The translations under genes were made by a program, and so were the position numbers. A DNA stretch of 61,185 nt, taken from contig DAISWL010000003.1 of NCBI GenBank assembly GCA_036826375.1, forward strand, positions 1 through 61,185, read 5' to 3'. The notes beneath the pieces were generated by a model that had not been told where the DNA came from, did no database searches, and worked only from the letters and a program-made list of their open reading frames with translations. This document shows positions 39,630 to 48,938 of this stretch, piece by piece. This DNA is from Candidatus Saccharimonadota bacterium. Lineage in GTDB: Bacteria > Patescibacteriota > Saccharimonadia > Saccharimonadales > HK-STAS-PATE-42. The first letter of the stretch is position 1; each line of letters begins with the position of its first letter.

Positions 39630-40945
39630 TTTGTGCCCTCGCTTAGTTTACTTAAAATTCTATAGATTTCAACCATCGCAGTATAACTAGCAAAAACAGT
39701 TTTATTTTTATGGGGCTGAGCAAGCAGCTTCTGAAGTGCTTTAGAAACTATAAGATCAACATCTTCCATGCCAACCATTAAATCAGCATATTTAAGTCTA
39801 ATTGCCATATCATAAGCTCGTGATCCACAAGTCTTTACATTTTTAAGCTTAAGTTTAGTAAAATCAACATCCCATATCCAGCTGATGTCGCGGCCATCAG
39901 CGTAATCATCGTTTAAGGCAAATAAGGCACAGCCACCTCCATTAGTTCGAGATTCTTGAATGACATGATTAAACCCATTAGGGTTTTTAACTAGGTGTAA
40001 TTGGATAATAGTTCCATCAATTTCAAATTGCTGACTTCTACCCCATGCTGGCTTAAATAATTTTTCAGATTCTTTTACTAAACTTAAATTTAACTTTTCG
40101 TCAATTACAGATTGAGCGGCGGCAAGAGCAGCAACAAAGTTAAGGCCGTTATAAATGCCCTGTAGATTAATTGTTAATACTAAACTCAATTTATTAATTC
40201 TAATTTTAAGTTTAAGATTAAAATTATCGCCAATCTCGGCATCTTCTAAAATAACTGCTTCAGCATTTTTGGGCGGATTAAATTTTGAGCTGAGGGAACC
40301 TTCAGTAATAATTTTTTTAGCTAATTCTTTTTCTGCTCCAAAAAAAATAATATCTTGTGATTTAAACTTAGCATATAGGGCTGTGGTTGAAGGTTCGAGC
40401 AGATTAAGTATTAGTTTATCTGATTTAGCCGCTACATCTTCAAGTATTTTTTGAGTAGCATCAATCTCTCCGAACCTGTCAAGCTGATCACGCGAGATGT
40501 TTAAAATTAGCAAACTACCAATATCTACCTTAGCCGCAAATTGCTTAGCCTAGGCTTCATCTAGCTCCAAAACAGCAATATCAAACTGTTTGGCAATTGG
40601 CCTAAACTTAATATCCCTTATTAGCTCGCTGGCAATACCCCTGGTAAAATTGCTGCCGCTAGGGTTAGTTAAAACCTTTAAGTTCTGTGATTTAAATATT
40701 TCTGCCGTTAATTTCGTAGTAGTAGTTTTACCGTTCGTGCCTGTAATAACCAGAGGCTTAAACTTAAGATGATTAAGGCTGTAATTCAAAAACCCTGGGT
40801 AAAGTTTTTCTATAATTAAACCCGGGAGAGCAGATCCCTGCCCTTTGCCACTAAGCTCTAACATCTTAATAAGAACTTTTCCACAGATAATTAATAGCCA
40901 GAATCGGATTGATTTTACAATTTTTAAAAATTTAATCATCTTCAA
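39626..40945 (-). pseudogene. murT: MurT ligase interrupted by an in-frame TAG at 40550-40552 (nonsense mutation or base-call error)
   Basis: ITGTNGKTTT and LELDEA*AKQF..LNISRDQLDRFGE continue in one frame; LVKNPNGF, DGRDISWIWDVDF in the C-terminal part. Confidence 0.85.
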
Positions 40946-40993
40946 TAATAGCAGATCTGATGGGTTTAGCAGTTTTGTAAAGTTGAACTAAAT

Positions 40994-41158
40994 TTAAGAT
41001 ATCGCTCTTAAAATCATGAATTCAATAAAGGCAACTATCACCACGCAGATACCAGCTCCAATTCCAGCAGTTTTGCTATCTCCGTTGCTTCTCATGAAAA
41101 CATTGTAAAGCCACATACCTACTCCGGCACTAGACATAATAATAAAAAAGGGTTCCAT
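40994..41158 (-). CDS. Small two-TM membrane protein (54 aa, not in the ORF track)
   Basis: MEPFFIIMSSAGVGMWLY...GAGICVVIVAFIEFMIL; TGcTAAACT 9 nt upstream of ATG. Confidence 0.6.
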   Translation of the reverse strand: MEPFFIIMSSAGVGMWLYNVFMRSNGDSKTAGIGAGICVVIVAFIEFMILRAIS

Positions 41159-41188
41159 CTATTATTAAGTTTAGCACATTAAGTCTGA

Positions 41189-42283
41189 TTATGAATCCTT
41201 AGGTTTTATGTTTTTATACGCATCCCTCAGCGCATTTAAAGTCAATTGCTGGTTTTTAAAATCGGTTTGCAGATTCATCTGCCCTATTCTGACCACCGGT
41301 AAACCGAATGATCCGCTAATGTCAATTCCGTGCTTAAGCTTAATAAGCTCAACTATCTCGGCGGAATCCCTTCCCCCGGTTTCAATGGCGATAACTGAAT
41401 TGAGGCGATGTCCTTTATCGGCCCATAAACTAAAACCGCTAACTTTAAGATCTTCTATAAACTTAGTGGAGGATGATTCATGATCGGAAATCCATTTATC
41501 AACCCCATATTTGCAAATGTTAGAGGTGGATTGATCCAATGCCGAGAGTAGTCCTCCGGGAGCTGTATAGTGGTAACCGCCCTGATCCCAAAACTTAACT
41601 ATCTTAGCGAAATCATACAGCCAGCGAGTAGATTTAGTTTGAATGGCAACATCATAGGCATCACTTGAAAATATAAAAACACCGAGGCCGGTTAGAGATC
41701 CTAACGCTTTTTGAGATCCGCTCACTACCGCATCAATACCCCATTTATCCATGCTAAACTGAAGAGCTCCCAAAGTGCTGACGGCATCAACCACGCTTAA
41801 GATATTGTTCTTCTTCAACAGTTTACAGATGCTTTCTATATCCTTAAGTTTAGTTCCATTACTAGTTTCACCGTGCGTCATTAAACAAATATCAAACTGC
41901 TGATTTTTTAGCTCATCTTCAACCATCTCCAAATTAACAGATTTCCTTTCCTCCGGCTCTAAAACTGTAAAGCTAAAAGCATGTAAATCTAAAAGCTCTA
42001 TCCAACGCTTATTGAATTCTCCATTGGTGCCAACTATTAGAACTCTAGATTTTTCAGTGATTAAGTTAGCTACAACTGCCTCCATGGCCGCACTGCTACT
42101 GCCTGCCACACAGTAAATATGTTCAGATTTAGTTTTGGCGATTTCTGCTAGATTGCTCCTTAAACTTAATATCAGTTCGTGCATATCTGAGCCTAGGTGG
42201 TTGATTACTTGCCCGGCCGCAGCGGCGACATCTTCAGATACATTCACCGGACCGGCGCCCATCAGTAGAGTTTGTTTAATCAT
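41189..42283 (-). CDS. Class V PLP aminotransferase (alanine-glyoxylate/serine-pyruvate type)
   Basis: LMGAGPVNV, THGETSNG, VVDAVSTLG, SGSQKALG. Confidence 0.9.
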   Translation of the reverse strand: MIKQTLLMGAGPVNVSEDVAAAAGQVINHLGSDMHELILSLRSNLAEIAKTKSEHIYCVAGSSSAAMEAVVANLITEKSRVLIVGTNGEFNKRWIELLDLHAFSFTVLEPEERKSVNLEMVEDELKNQQFDICLMTHGETSNGTKLKDIESICKLLKKNNILSVVDAVSTLGALQFSMDKWGIDAVVSGSQKALGSLTGLGVFIFSSDAYDVAIQTKSTRWLYDFAKIVKFWDQGGYHYTAPGGLLSALDQSTSNICKYGVDKWISDHESSSTKFIEDLKVSGFSLWADKGHRLNSVIAIETGGRDSAEIVELIKLKHGIDISGSFGLPVVRIGQMNLQTDFKNQQLTLNALRDAYKNIKPKDS

Positions 42284-42311
42284 TTTAAGATAGTCCCTCC
42301 TTAATTTTTAT

Positions 42312-43499
42312 TTAAAACTGCTTCAAAAAGTTAGTTTGAAAAGTTGTGGTTAAAGTCTGCTCAGATTTAAATCTGGTTTTTGCTAGCTCTATTAACTTTA
42401 AGTTTAGCTCAACCGCTGAAAAACCGCTGGCCATCCAGTTATGAAGGTAGAGCGAGCCGGGTAATGGGTTAATCTCATTAAAATAGAGCGTGCCAGATTT
42501 GACATCTATTAGCATATCAACTCTAGCTATTCCATATAGCCCTAGTTCTTGCCAAACCTTTCTGCCCATAGTTTTGGCTTGCTCCATCAGATCTGCACTA
42601 ATTTCAGCAGGTATTTTACTATATCCTTCAGCGCTAAACTTTCCGGAACCAGAGATTTTAGAGCCTTTACCATTTTTACCGCCTTGACCGATATATTTAG
42701 CATCAAAATCGAACACGCCATCGGCATTAAGTTTAGATTGCTCAACACTGGCCAGAATTGGCTCCTCAGTAGTACCCATGATTGGCAAGGTAATTTCTAT
42801 TAAATTATCAACTCCTTCTTCAACTAAACAAAGCTGATCATGATGCAAAGCAACTTCAATGGCGTTATTGAGCTGATCCTTACTGTCAACTTTGCTAATT
42901 CCAATACTACTGCCCAAGTGAGCTGGCTTAACAAAAAGCGGGTATCTTAAGTTTTCATTTATTTTGGTGATGATTTTCTGTCCACCACTTATAAACTCTG
43001 AGTTACTAAACTTAAGGTAGTTGGTGATTTTAATTCCGGCACTCTCGGCTAACTGCTTGGTTAAAACTTTATTCATGGAAACTGTACTAGATTCCAATCC
43101 ACACCCGACAAAGGGAACTCCAGCCATTTTCATTAAACCTTGCCAAGATCCGTCCTCACCGTTGGTGCCGTGCAAAGCACTGTAGGCTACATCTATTTTA
43201 ATAGATTTTCGGCGCCCAGTTATGCCACCAGTTTTAGTTAGATGCGCTCCTTCTGGGCCAAATTCTAAGCTGGCAGGCTTAAGTTTAAGTAAATATTGAT
43301 CAATTTCTCCACTGGAATAAAGTTTAATATCGGCTAGTTTGTCATCCCAGTACCAGGCTCCATCTTTGGCGATGTAAACCGGCTCAACCTGATACTTGCC
43401 ACTAGATTTTAACGGCCCAATAATAGCGACGAGCGCAGTTATAATTGATACATCGTGTTCGGCAGATTTTCCACCAAAAAATACAAATACATTTTCCAT
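42312..43499 (-). CDS. ddl: D-alanine--D-alanine ligase
   Basis: FGGKSAEHDVS, LHGTNGEDG, FVKPAHLGSSIGI, NEINPLPG. Confidence 0.95.
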   Translation of the reverse strand: MENVFVFFGGKSAEHDVSIITALVAIIGPLKSSGKYQVEPVYIAKDGAWYWDDKLADIKLYSSGEIDQYLLKLKPASLEFGPEGAHLTKTGGITGRRKSIKIDVAYSALHGTNGEDGSWQGLMKMAGVPFVGCGLESSTVSMNKVLTKQLAESAGIKITNYLKFSNSEFISGGQKIITKINENLRYPLFVKPAHLGSSIGISKVDSKDQLNNAIEVALHHDQLCLVEEGVDNLIEITLPIMGTTEEPILASVEQSKLNADGVFDFDAKYIGQGGKNGKGSKISGSGKFSAEGYSKIPAEISADLMEQAKTMGRKVWQELGLYGIARVDMLIDVKSGTLYFNEINPLPGSLYLHNWMASGFSAVELNLKLIELAKTRFKSEQTLTTTFQTNFLKQF

Positions 43500-43605
43500 A
43501 ATAAAAGATTCCCCCTTCTAAGCTTAATTGCTTTAAAGTTAGTATAGCAAGATTCTGAAATCCGGTACAGTTAGTAAGTACAGTTTTTTCTACAGTTATC
43601 TTGAA

Positions 43606-45042
43606 TTAGGCTCCATCCGGTAAATCATTCTGAACCAAAATAACATCGCCGTTAGCCAAAAAAGATTGAATATTTTTCAAAAACTTAAGCGGATCTTCAA
43701 TAAACTCGGGTTTGGAATTGGGATTAAGCTGCAACATCGTATTAAAGATGATTTCGGTATTAGAGTTTTTAAACAGATAAATCCTATCAAAATTAGATTC
43801 TGCCAACAACTGTCCTATCTTTTTATGAACTGCTGTATTCTGTTCACCCTGAGCAATTAAACCAGGCGTGGCGTAAATTTTCCTCCCACCAACCTTAAGT
43901 TTAGTAAGAGTTTCAATCCCAGCCTCAATACCCTCGATGTTACCATTGTAGCCATCGTTGATCATAGTTGCACCGCCTAAACTAATTGGCTGCATCCTAG
44001 CCTCAAAAGCTTTAGTTTGAGCTATGGCCGCGGCGATATCGGCATCACTAAGCTTAAATTTTTTGGCCAGAACTGATATTAAACCAAGTGAGCCCGCCAT
44101 ATGCTGACCAAGTATTTTAGAATTAAGTTTAGTTGAACCTAGTTTAAAAGAAATCCCATTTATACTACTGGCATCTATTCTGCTGATTTTTTGCCCCAAC
44201 ACCAACTGGTCAGAATAACTGTTAGCAAATTTCAAGCGAGCATCTAGATGCTTCTTGAGTTGCTCGCTACCAGCGTTCCAAAAAACCTTTTCGGCATCTA
44301 CAAAATTTAATATCGAGCCCAACTCATCGGCTACGACATCTAAGTTTTTCATGGCATCAAGATGCGCCGGAGCCATTCCGGTTATAATGGCGTAATCGGG
44401 ATGCGTAACTGTAGCCATTTTAGCAATATCACTAGGATGTTCCTCCCCGTATTCAATAATTATGAAATCTTCATCGCCCTTTAAACTTAAGGCGAACCTG
44501 GCGTGGGCAATTTGAGTGTTCATGTTGCCAGGCGTGAACGCCACTTTGTATTTGCTGGCCAAAACTTGAGCGAGTAATTCTTTAACAGTGGTTTTGCCAT
44601 AGCTGCCTAAAACCGCAATTTTAATGGCAGATGTCTTTTTGAAGATGTCCTCCGCCCGCCTATTCATTCTGAACATCTTAGGCTTAATATAGAAGAATCT
44701 GAGCATAGATACCGTGGGCAGAAGTAAAATATATTCAATTAGCGGTGCCAGTAAAATTAAGATTGGCCCCACCGGAAACAATAAGTTTTTTAGTACTAAA
44801 AACAAACCCAGCAAGTTAAGTAGTATCCTTAAGATTATTAAAATTAACAGAATTATTTTAGCAACTACAGTTTTTTTGAGTTCTCCTCGGTAAGAAACTT
44901 GCCTAAAGTTAGGGAACTTCCAGTACCAAAAGCTAAACTTACCAATTTGATATTCTGACCGCTGCAACATATAAACAATAGCTTTTTCGTAAGATGCCGA
45001 ATAGAAGCTCAAAAATCTATTTAACATTGATAAACCTTTCAA
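43606..45042 (-). CDS. murF: MurF-like Mur ligase with N-terminal TM segments
   Basis: AVLGSYGKTTVKE, INDGYNGN, QNDLPD. Confidence 0.85.
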   Translation of the reverse strand: MKGLSMLNRFLSFYSASYEKAIVYMLQRSEYQIGKFSFWYWKFPNFRQVSYRGELKKTVVAKIILLILIILRILLNLLGLFLVLKNLLFPVGPILILLAPLIEYILLLPTVSMLRFFYIKPKMFRMNRRAEDIFKKTSAIKIAVLGSYGKTTVKELLAQVLASKYKVAFTPGNMNTQIAHARFALSLKGDEDFIIIEYGEEHPSDIAKMATVTHPDYAIITGMAPAHLDAMKNLDVVADELGSILNFVDAEKVFWNAGSEQLKKHLDARLKFANSYSDQLVLGQKISRIDASSINGISFKLGSTKLNSKILGQHMAGSLGLISVLAKKFKLSDADIAAAIAQTKAFEARMQPISLGGATMINDGYNGNIEGIEAGIETLTKLKVGGRKIYATPGLIAQGEQNTAVHKKIGQLLAESNFDRIYLFKNSNTEIIFNTMLQLNPNSKPEFIEDPLKFLKNIQSFLANGDVILVQNDLPDGA

Positions 45043-45790
45043 TTAAATTTAGTGTTTTTTCAGGCTGATCCAAAAAGACGTAGTGTCCAGCGCCGCTAAT
45101 AATATTAAGCTTAGCGTTTTGAATCTCTGAGGCTAGTATTTCCCCGAACTGAGGCGGTGTATCTGTATCATCTTCACCATAAATAATTAAGGTGGGTATC
45201 TTAATTTTACCAGCCAAATTTTGGATGTCCTCCTCCACCACTTTTCGGAAGGTTTGCTCTAATGCCGGATTATCCAAAGCCTCGCTACCAGCTGCTTGGT
45301 ACAGTTTTCGCTTAAGTTTATTTTGTAAAGAAGCGGGCAAAACGGATGTAGCCGCTGAGCCAACTTTGGCCACTAACTTAAAAATATTCTTTTTGGTTTT
45401 TTGTTGATTGCGAATCCCAGCTGAGCCAACCAATATTAATTTACTAAGCTTAAGGTTCTTGGTTGTAAGTTGATCGGATGCTATTTTGATAGCTAAAGTT
45501 CCTCCGTTACTATGGCCCAGAATAACATCTAACTTTTGCAAATTAAGCTTAAGCAAAAATGCCAGAATGAAATTTTTATAGTTATCAAGATCCCAAATTT
45601 GTTGAGGAGCCTCGCTTTTGCCCATGCCTGGTAAATCTAAACTTATTATTTTAAATTTTGAAGATAATTCGCCAGTTAAACTACTAAAAGCTTGGGAGCT
45701 AGATCCCCACCCGTGCAATAACAATAGGGTTTTGGATCCTGAACCTGAAATCTGATAATTAGTTAAAATATTGTTGACGATGATTTGCAT
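45017..45790 (-). CDS. Alpha/beta hydrolase
   Basis: LLHGWG, DLPGMG, GHSNGG, GAGHY. Confidence 0.93.
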   Translation of the reverse strand: MQIIVNNILTNYQISGSGSKTLLLLHGWGSSSQAFSSLTGELSSKFKIISLDLPGMGKSEAPQQIWDLDNYKNFILAFLLKLNLQKLDVILGHSNGGTLAIKIASDQLTTKNLKLSKLILVGSAGIRNQQKTKKNIFKLVAKVGSAATSVLPASLQNKLKRKLYQAAGSEALDNPALEQTFRKVVEEDIQNLAGKIKIPTLIIYGEDDTDTPPQFGEILASEIQNAKLNIISGAGHYVFLDQPEKTLNLIERFINVK

Positions 45791-45813
45791 TACTTTAAGT
45801 ATTCTAACATTTT

Positions 45814-46134
45814 TTAGGCTAGATGCAGATGCTCCGCAAAATTTATAATCTGATGATTGTCATTAAACTTAAGGCCTTCATCTTCTAGTAACTGCTTTTG
45901 AAGATCTCGCCCCCCGCCAGGAAATCCTTCAGCAAGGGAACCATCTTTTTTAACTACTCGGTGCCAGGGTAAATCTGGCGGGCCAAAGTGGGCGATGCCG
46001 CCCACAATTCTCGGTGCTTTTGGATTCCCAGCCAGCGCGGCAATTTGACCGTAAGTCATAACTTTACCGTGTGGGATATCGGCTACCAGCTGGTAAACTT
46101 TATTAGCGAAATTAAGCTTAGTGTTTTTGTGCAT
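45814..46134 (-). CDS. Alkyltransferase-like (ATL) protein, MGMT family
   Basis: IPHGKVMTYGQIA, LPWHRVV (W in place of catalytic C). Confidence 0.9.
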   Translation of the reverse strand: MHKNTKLNFANKVYQLVADIPHGKVMTYGQIAALAGNPKAPRIVGGIAHFGPPDLPWHRVVKKDGSLAEGFPGGGRDLQKQLLEDEGLKFNDNHQIINFAEHLHLA

Positions 46135-46146
46135 AATACTTGAAAT

Positions 46147-46410
46147 CTAAAAACCTCTATAAACTTCTCGACGATGACCAACTGCTACAACTAAAATTAC
46201 TAATCTATCATTTTCTATTTTATAAATAACCCGGTAATTTCCTATTCTGATTCGATAGTAACTGTTTAGCCCCGCTAACTTTTTACTGCCCACCGGCAGC
46301 GGGTTAGCAGCCAAATTGCTAATCTTAACGGCGATACGATTTCTATCTTGGGCGCTAATTTTTAGTAATTCTTTAGATGCAGTTTTGTTAAATTCTATTT
46401 GGTACTGCAC
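46147..46410 (-). CDS. RelE/ParE family toxin
   Basis: LAANPLPVGSKKL, YRIRIGNYRVIY, VGHRREVYR. Confidence 0.92.
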   Translation of the reverse strand: MQYQIEFNKTASKELLKISAQDRNRIAVKISNLAANPLPVGSKKLAGLNSYYRIRIGNYRVIYKIENDRLVILVVAVGHRREVYRGF

Positions 46411-46417
46411 TTGTTTT

Positions 46418-46663
46418 TTAGCTCTGTTTTAGAATATCGTTATGATAACTTAAACCGCACTCTTCTAGGACATCCTTAAAAGCTACGGTCTCTTCGCCTT
46501 CACGTTTAAACGCTTCATTGGCATCATATAGATCTTCCATATGACCAAGGAGGTTATTTATTATACTAGAAACTGAGTTGCCGGTATCGGCAGCGCTGAG
46601 TTTTAAGGCCCTCTTAAGTTTAGGATCTAAATAGATAGTGGTTTTGGCGGTTAATTTTGTCAT
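46418..46663 (-). CDS. Putative RHH antitoxin
   Basis: Directly upstream of RelE; KTTIYLD..LKRALKL..SVSSII; acidic C-terminus. Confidence 0.75.
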   Translation of the reverse strand: MTKLTAKTTIYLDPKLKRALKLSAADTGNSVSSIINNLLGHMEDLYDANEAFKREGEETVAFKDVLEECGLSYHNDILKQS

Positions 46664-46707
46664 AGTGCCATTATAGCGCTATAGCGTCATGACGTCAATT
46701 CTAGGGT

Positions 46708-48477
46708 CTAGCCATTAAACTTAAGCATCCAATTTGCTAGTTCCGTGAGAGGTATTTTATCTTCTTTAGTTTCTGCTCCATCGAAGTATCTGAGTGAAAC
46801 TGTCTGGGCTTCTTCATCTTTAGGCCCAACAATAATTATTACTGGGATTTTTAGTTCTTCAGCAGATTTTATCTTCTTACCTAAGTTTTCTTTACGTAGA
46901 TCTGCAGAAAAACGCAATTCATTGAATTTAAGTGGCTGCATTAAAACTACATTGGATAGAACATCTTGAACTCGTTTGACGTAATCATTAACTTTATCAT
47001 TGACTGTAACTATTCTGATCTGTTCTGGAGCGAGCCAAAACGGGAAGTGGCCTGCAGTTTTTTCGATCAGCATAACTAAGAATCTCTCTAGTGAGCCTAA
47101 TATTGCCCTGTGAACCATTATGGGTGTCTGTTGTTGTCCATTTTTATCAATATACACCATTTCAAAACGCTTTGGGGTAGCAAAATCAAGCTGGATTGTA
47201 GCTAATTGAGTTTCCTGACCAGTAACAGTTTTATACATGAAATCTAGCTTAGGCCCATAAAGCGCTGCCTCACCCTCCATAGGAATGGCGTTAAGATTTC
47301 TTTTTGCTGCTATCTCTCTTAGGGTAGATTCCGCTACTTGCCAATCCTTATCATCGCCGATATAGGCTTCAGGCTTATTGGGGTCCCGAAGTGAGAGCGA
47401 GACCCAGTGATCACCGTAAATCCCAAGCGCCGTATGAACTTCTTTTATTATACTAAGGAAAGATTCAATAACTTCTTCGATATTATCTGGTGCTAGAAAT
47501 ATATGTCCATCATCAACAGATATAGCTCGAACTCTTTGTAAACCACCTATTTGACCTGGCTTTTCATCTCTGTATTGCATGGTAACTTCGGAATAATGTA
47601 TTGGTAAATCTTTATAGCTTCTAGGGTTAGATTTAAAAATCTGTATATGATGGGGGCAATTAACTGGCTTCATCACAAAATCTATATCATAATGGCTTTC
47701 AACATTGAAGAGCTCACCACCAAACTTCTGAGCGTGCCCAGATATTTCGTAAAGCTCTTTTCTAGCAATGTGTGGAATCTGAACCTCTTGCGAGCCATTT
47801 TTAGCGCCAACCTGCCGCATCAACTCAATTAAGAGCCTCCTGAGGGTTGTTCCTCTCGGTGTAAATAACGGCAACCCTGGGCCGACTAAATCTGAAAAAG
47901 TGAATAAATCCAGCTCTTTGCCTAATTTGCGATGATCTCTTTCTCTGGCCATTTCTTGCTGTTTTAGGTATTCATCTAACTTTAGTTTTGTTTCAAAAGC
48001 TACACCGTAAATTCTAGTTAACATGATGTTTTTTTCATCACCCCGCCAATAAGCTCCAGCTGTTTTAGTTAGATGAAAACTAGCTGAATCTATTAAGCTT
48101 AAGTTATCGGCGTGGCCGCCTTTGCATAAATCATCAAAACCGCCCATAGTGTAAACCGTTAGAGTTTTACCGCCTTCGGCAAATTCTTCAGCCAGTTCAA
48201 TTTTGTATTTGTTATCTGCAAAAATTTCTTTAGCTTGAGCCAAACTTACTTCTTGCTTTTTAACATCTGTCCAGGCCTTAAGCTTAGCCCGCATTGCTTC
48301 TTCAATTTTGGGCAGGTCATCTTCACTGATTTTGCCTTTGATTTCGAAATCTTGGTAGAAACCGTTTTCTATAATTGGGCCGATGGCGTTTTGGCTTCCG
48401 GGAAATAACTCTTTAACTGTTTGGGCTAGCAAGTGAGCTAAGCTGTGGCGAACGCCTTCTATTGATTGATCTTTCAT
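46708..48477 (-). CDS. thrS: Threonine--tRNA ligase
   Basis: RHSLAHLLA, DLCKGGH, RDHRKLG, KPVNCPHH, PIMVHRAILGSLERF. Confidence 0.97.
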   Translation of the reverse strand: MKDQSIEGVRHSLAHLLAQTVKELFPGSQNAIGPIIENGFYQDFEIKGKISEDDLPKIEEAMRAKLKAWTDVKKQEVSLAQAKEIFADNKYKIELAEEFAEGGKTLTVYTMGGFDDLCKGGHADNLSLIDSASFHLTKTAGAYWRGDEKNIMLTRIYGVAFETKLKLDEYLKQQEMARERDHRKLGKELDLFTFSDLVGPGLPLFTPRGTTLRRLLIELMRQVGAKNGSQEVQIPHIARKELYEISGHAQKFGGELFNVESHYDIDFVMKPVNCPHHIQIFKSNPRSYKDLPIHYSEVTMQYRDEKPGQIGGLQRVRAISVDDGHIFLAPDNIEEVIESFLSIIKEVHTALGIYGDHWVSLSLRDPNKPEAYIGDDKDWQVAESTLREIAAKRNLNAIPMEGEAALYGPKLDFMYKTVTGQETQLATIQLDFATPKRFEMVYIDKNGQQQTPIMVHRAILGSLERFLVMLIEKTAGHFPFWLAPEQIRIVTVNDKVNDYVKRVQDVLSNVVLMQPLKFNELRFSADLRKENLGKKIKSAEELKIPVIIIVGPKDEEAQTVSLRYFDGAETKEDKIPLTELANWMLKFNG

Positions 48478-48641
48478 TTTAGAAACCTTTCTTAAACTAT
48501 AAAACTTATTAATATCTTTTTTGGGAAAATTATATTAACCCCTAAGGGTCGTTATGGAGTTAAACTTAAGTTTGGTGGCTATAAAATAATTCATTAAGCT
48601 TAATTATAACATGAGCTTTACGGGGAATCTAACTGCTTGAG

Positions 48642-48747
48642 CGCTAAAAGAATAGCGAAGTTATAGCCTCACCCTGGCTGGATCAAAGATCCAACCTGTC
48701 CCTCTCCTGAAAGAGAGGGATGTCAGCGACTAACTGTAAGTTTAGCG
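48642..48747. ncRNA. Unassigned structured RNA candidate (branched stem)
   Basis: Nested stems 48642-48648/48741-48747, 48659-48663/48731-48735; hairpins 48676-48696 and 48699-48720. Confidence 0.45.
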
Positions 48748-48938
48748 TACTTCTCTTTGATTTAATCTTAATTCAAGATTATTGATTCTTGCATCTTAAT
48801 TCTTAATTATCCTCCCATAGATTAAGCCATCGGCATTCTCAACTTCATTTACCTGCTATAATATAACCATCCTTAAGCAGAAGTTCTGAGGTCGTCTTTT
48901 GGTGTTAAGTAGTAGAAATTATGAAGATATAAAAATTA

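Noticed and set aside
40550-40552. Genome-wide stop-codon reassignment (TAG or TGA)
   Set aside because: TAG ends rpsH and TGA ends rpsQ at expected lengths; other genes are intact under code 11
30860-43499. Vancomycin-resistance cluster (VanY + ligase)
   Set aside because: Genes are unlinked, there is no VanH/X/R/S, and the ligase keeps the omega-loop KY (FDFDAKY) typical of D-Ala-D-Ala ligases
48478-48760. T-box riboswitch for thrS
   Set aside because: No GGTGGNACCGCG T-box sequence or terminator/antiterminator pair found
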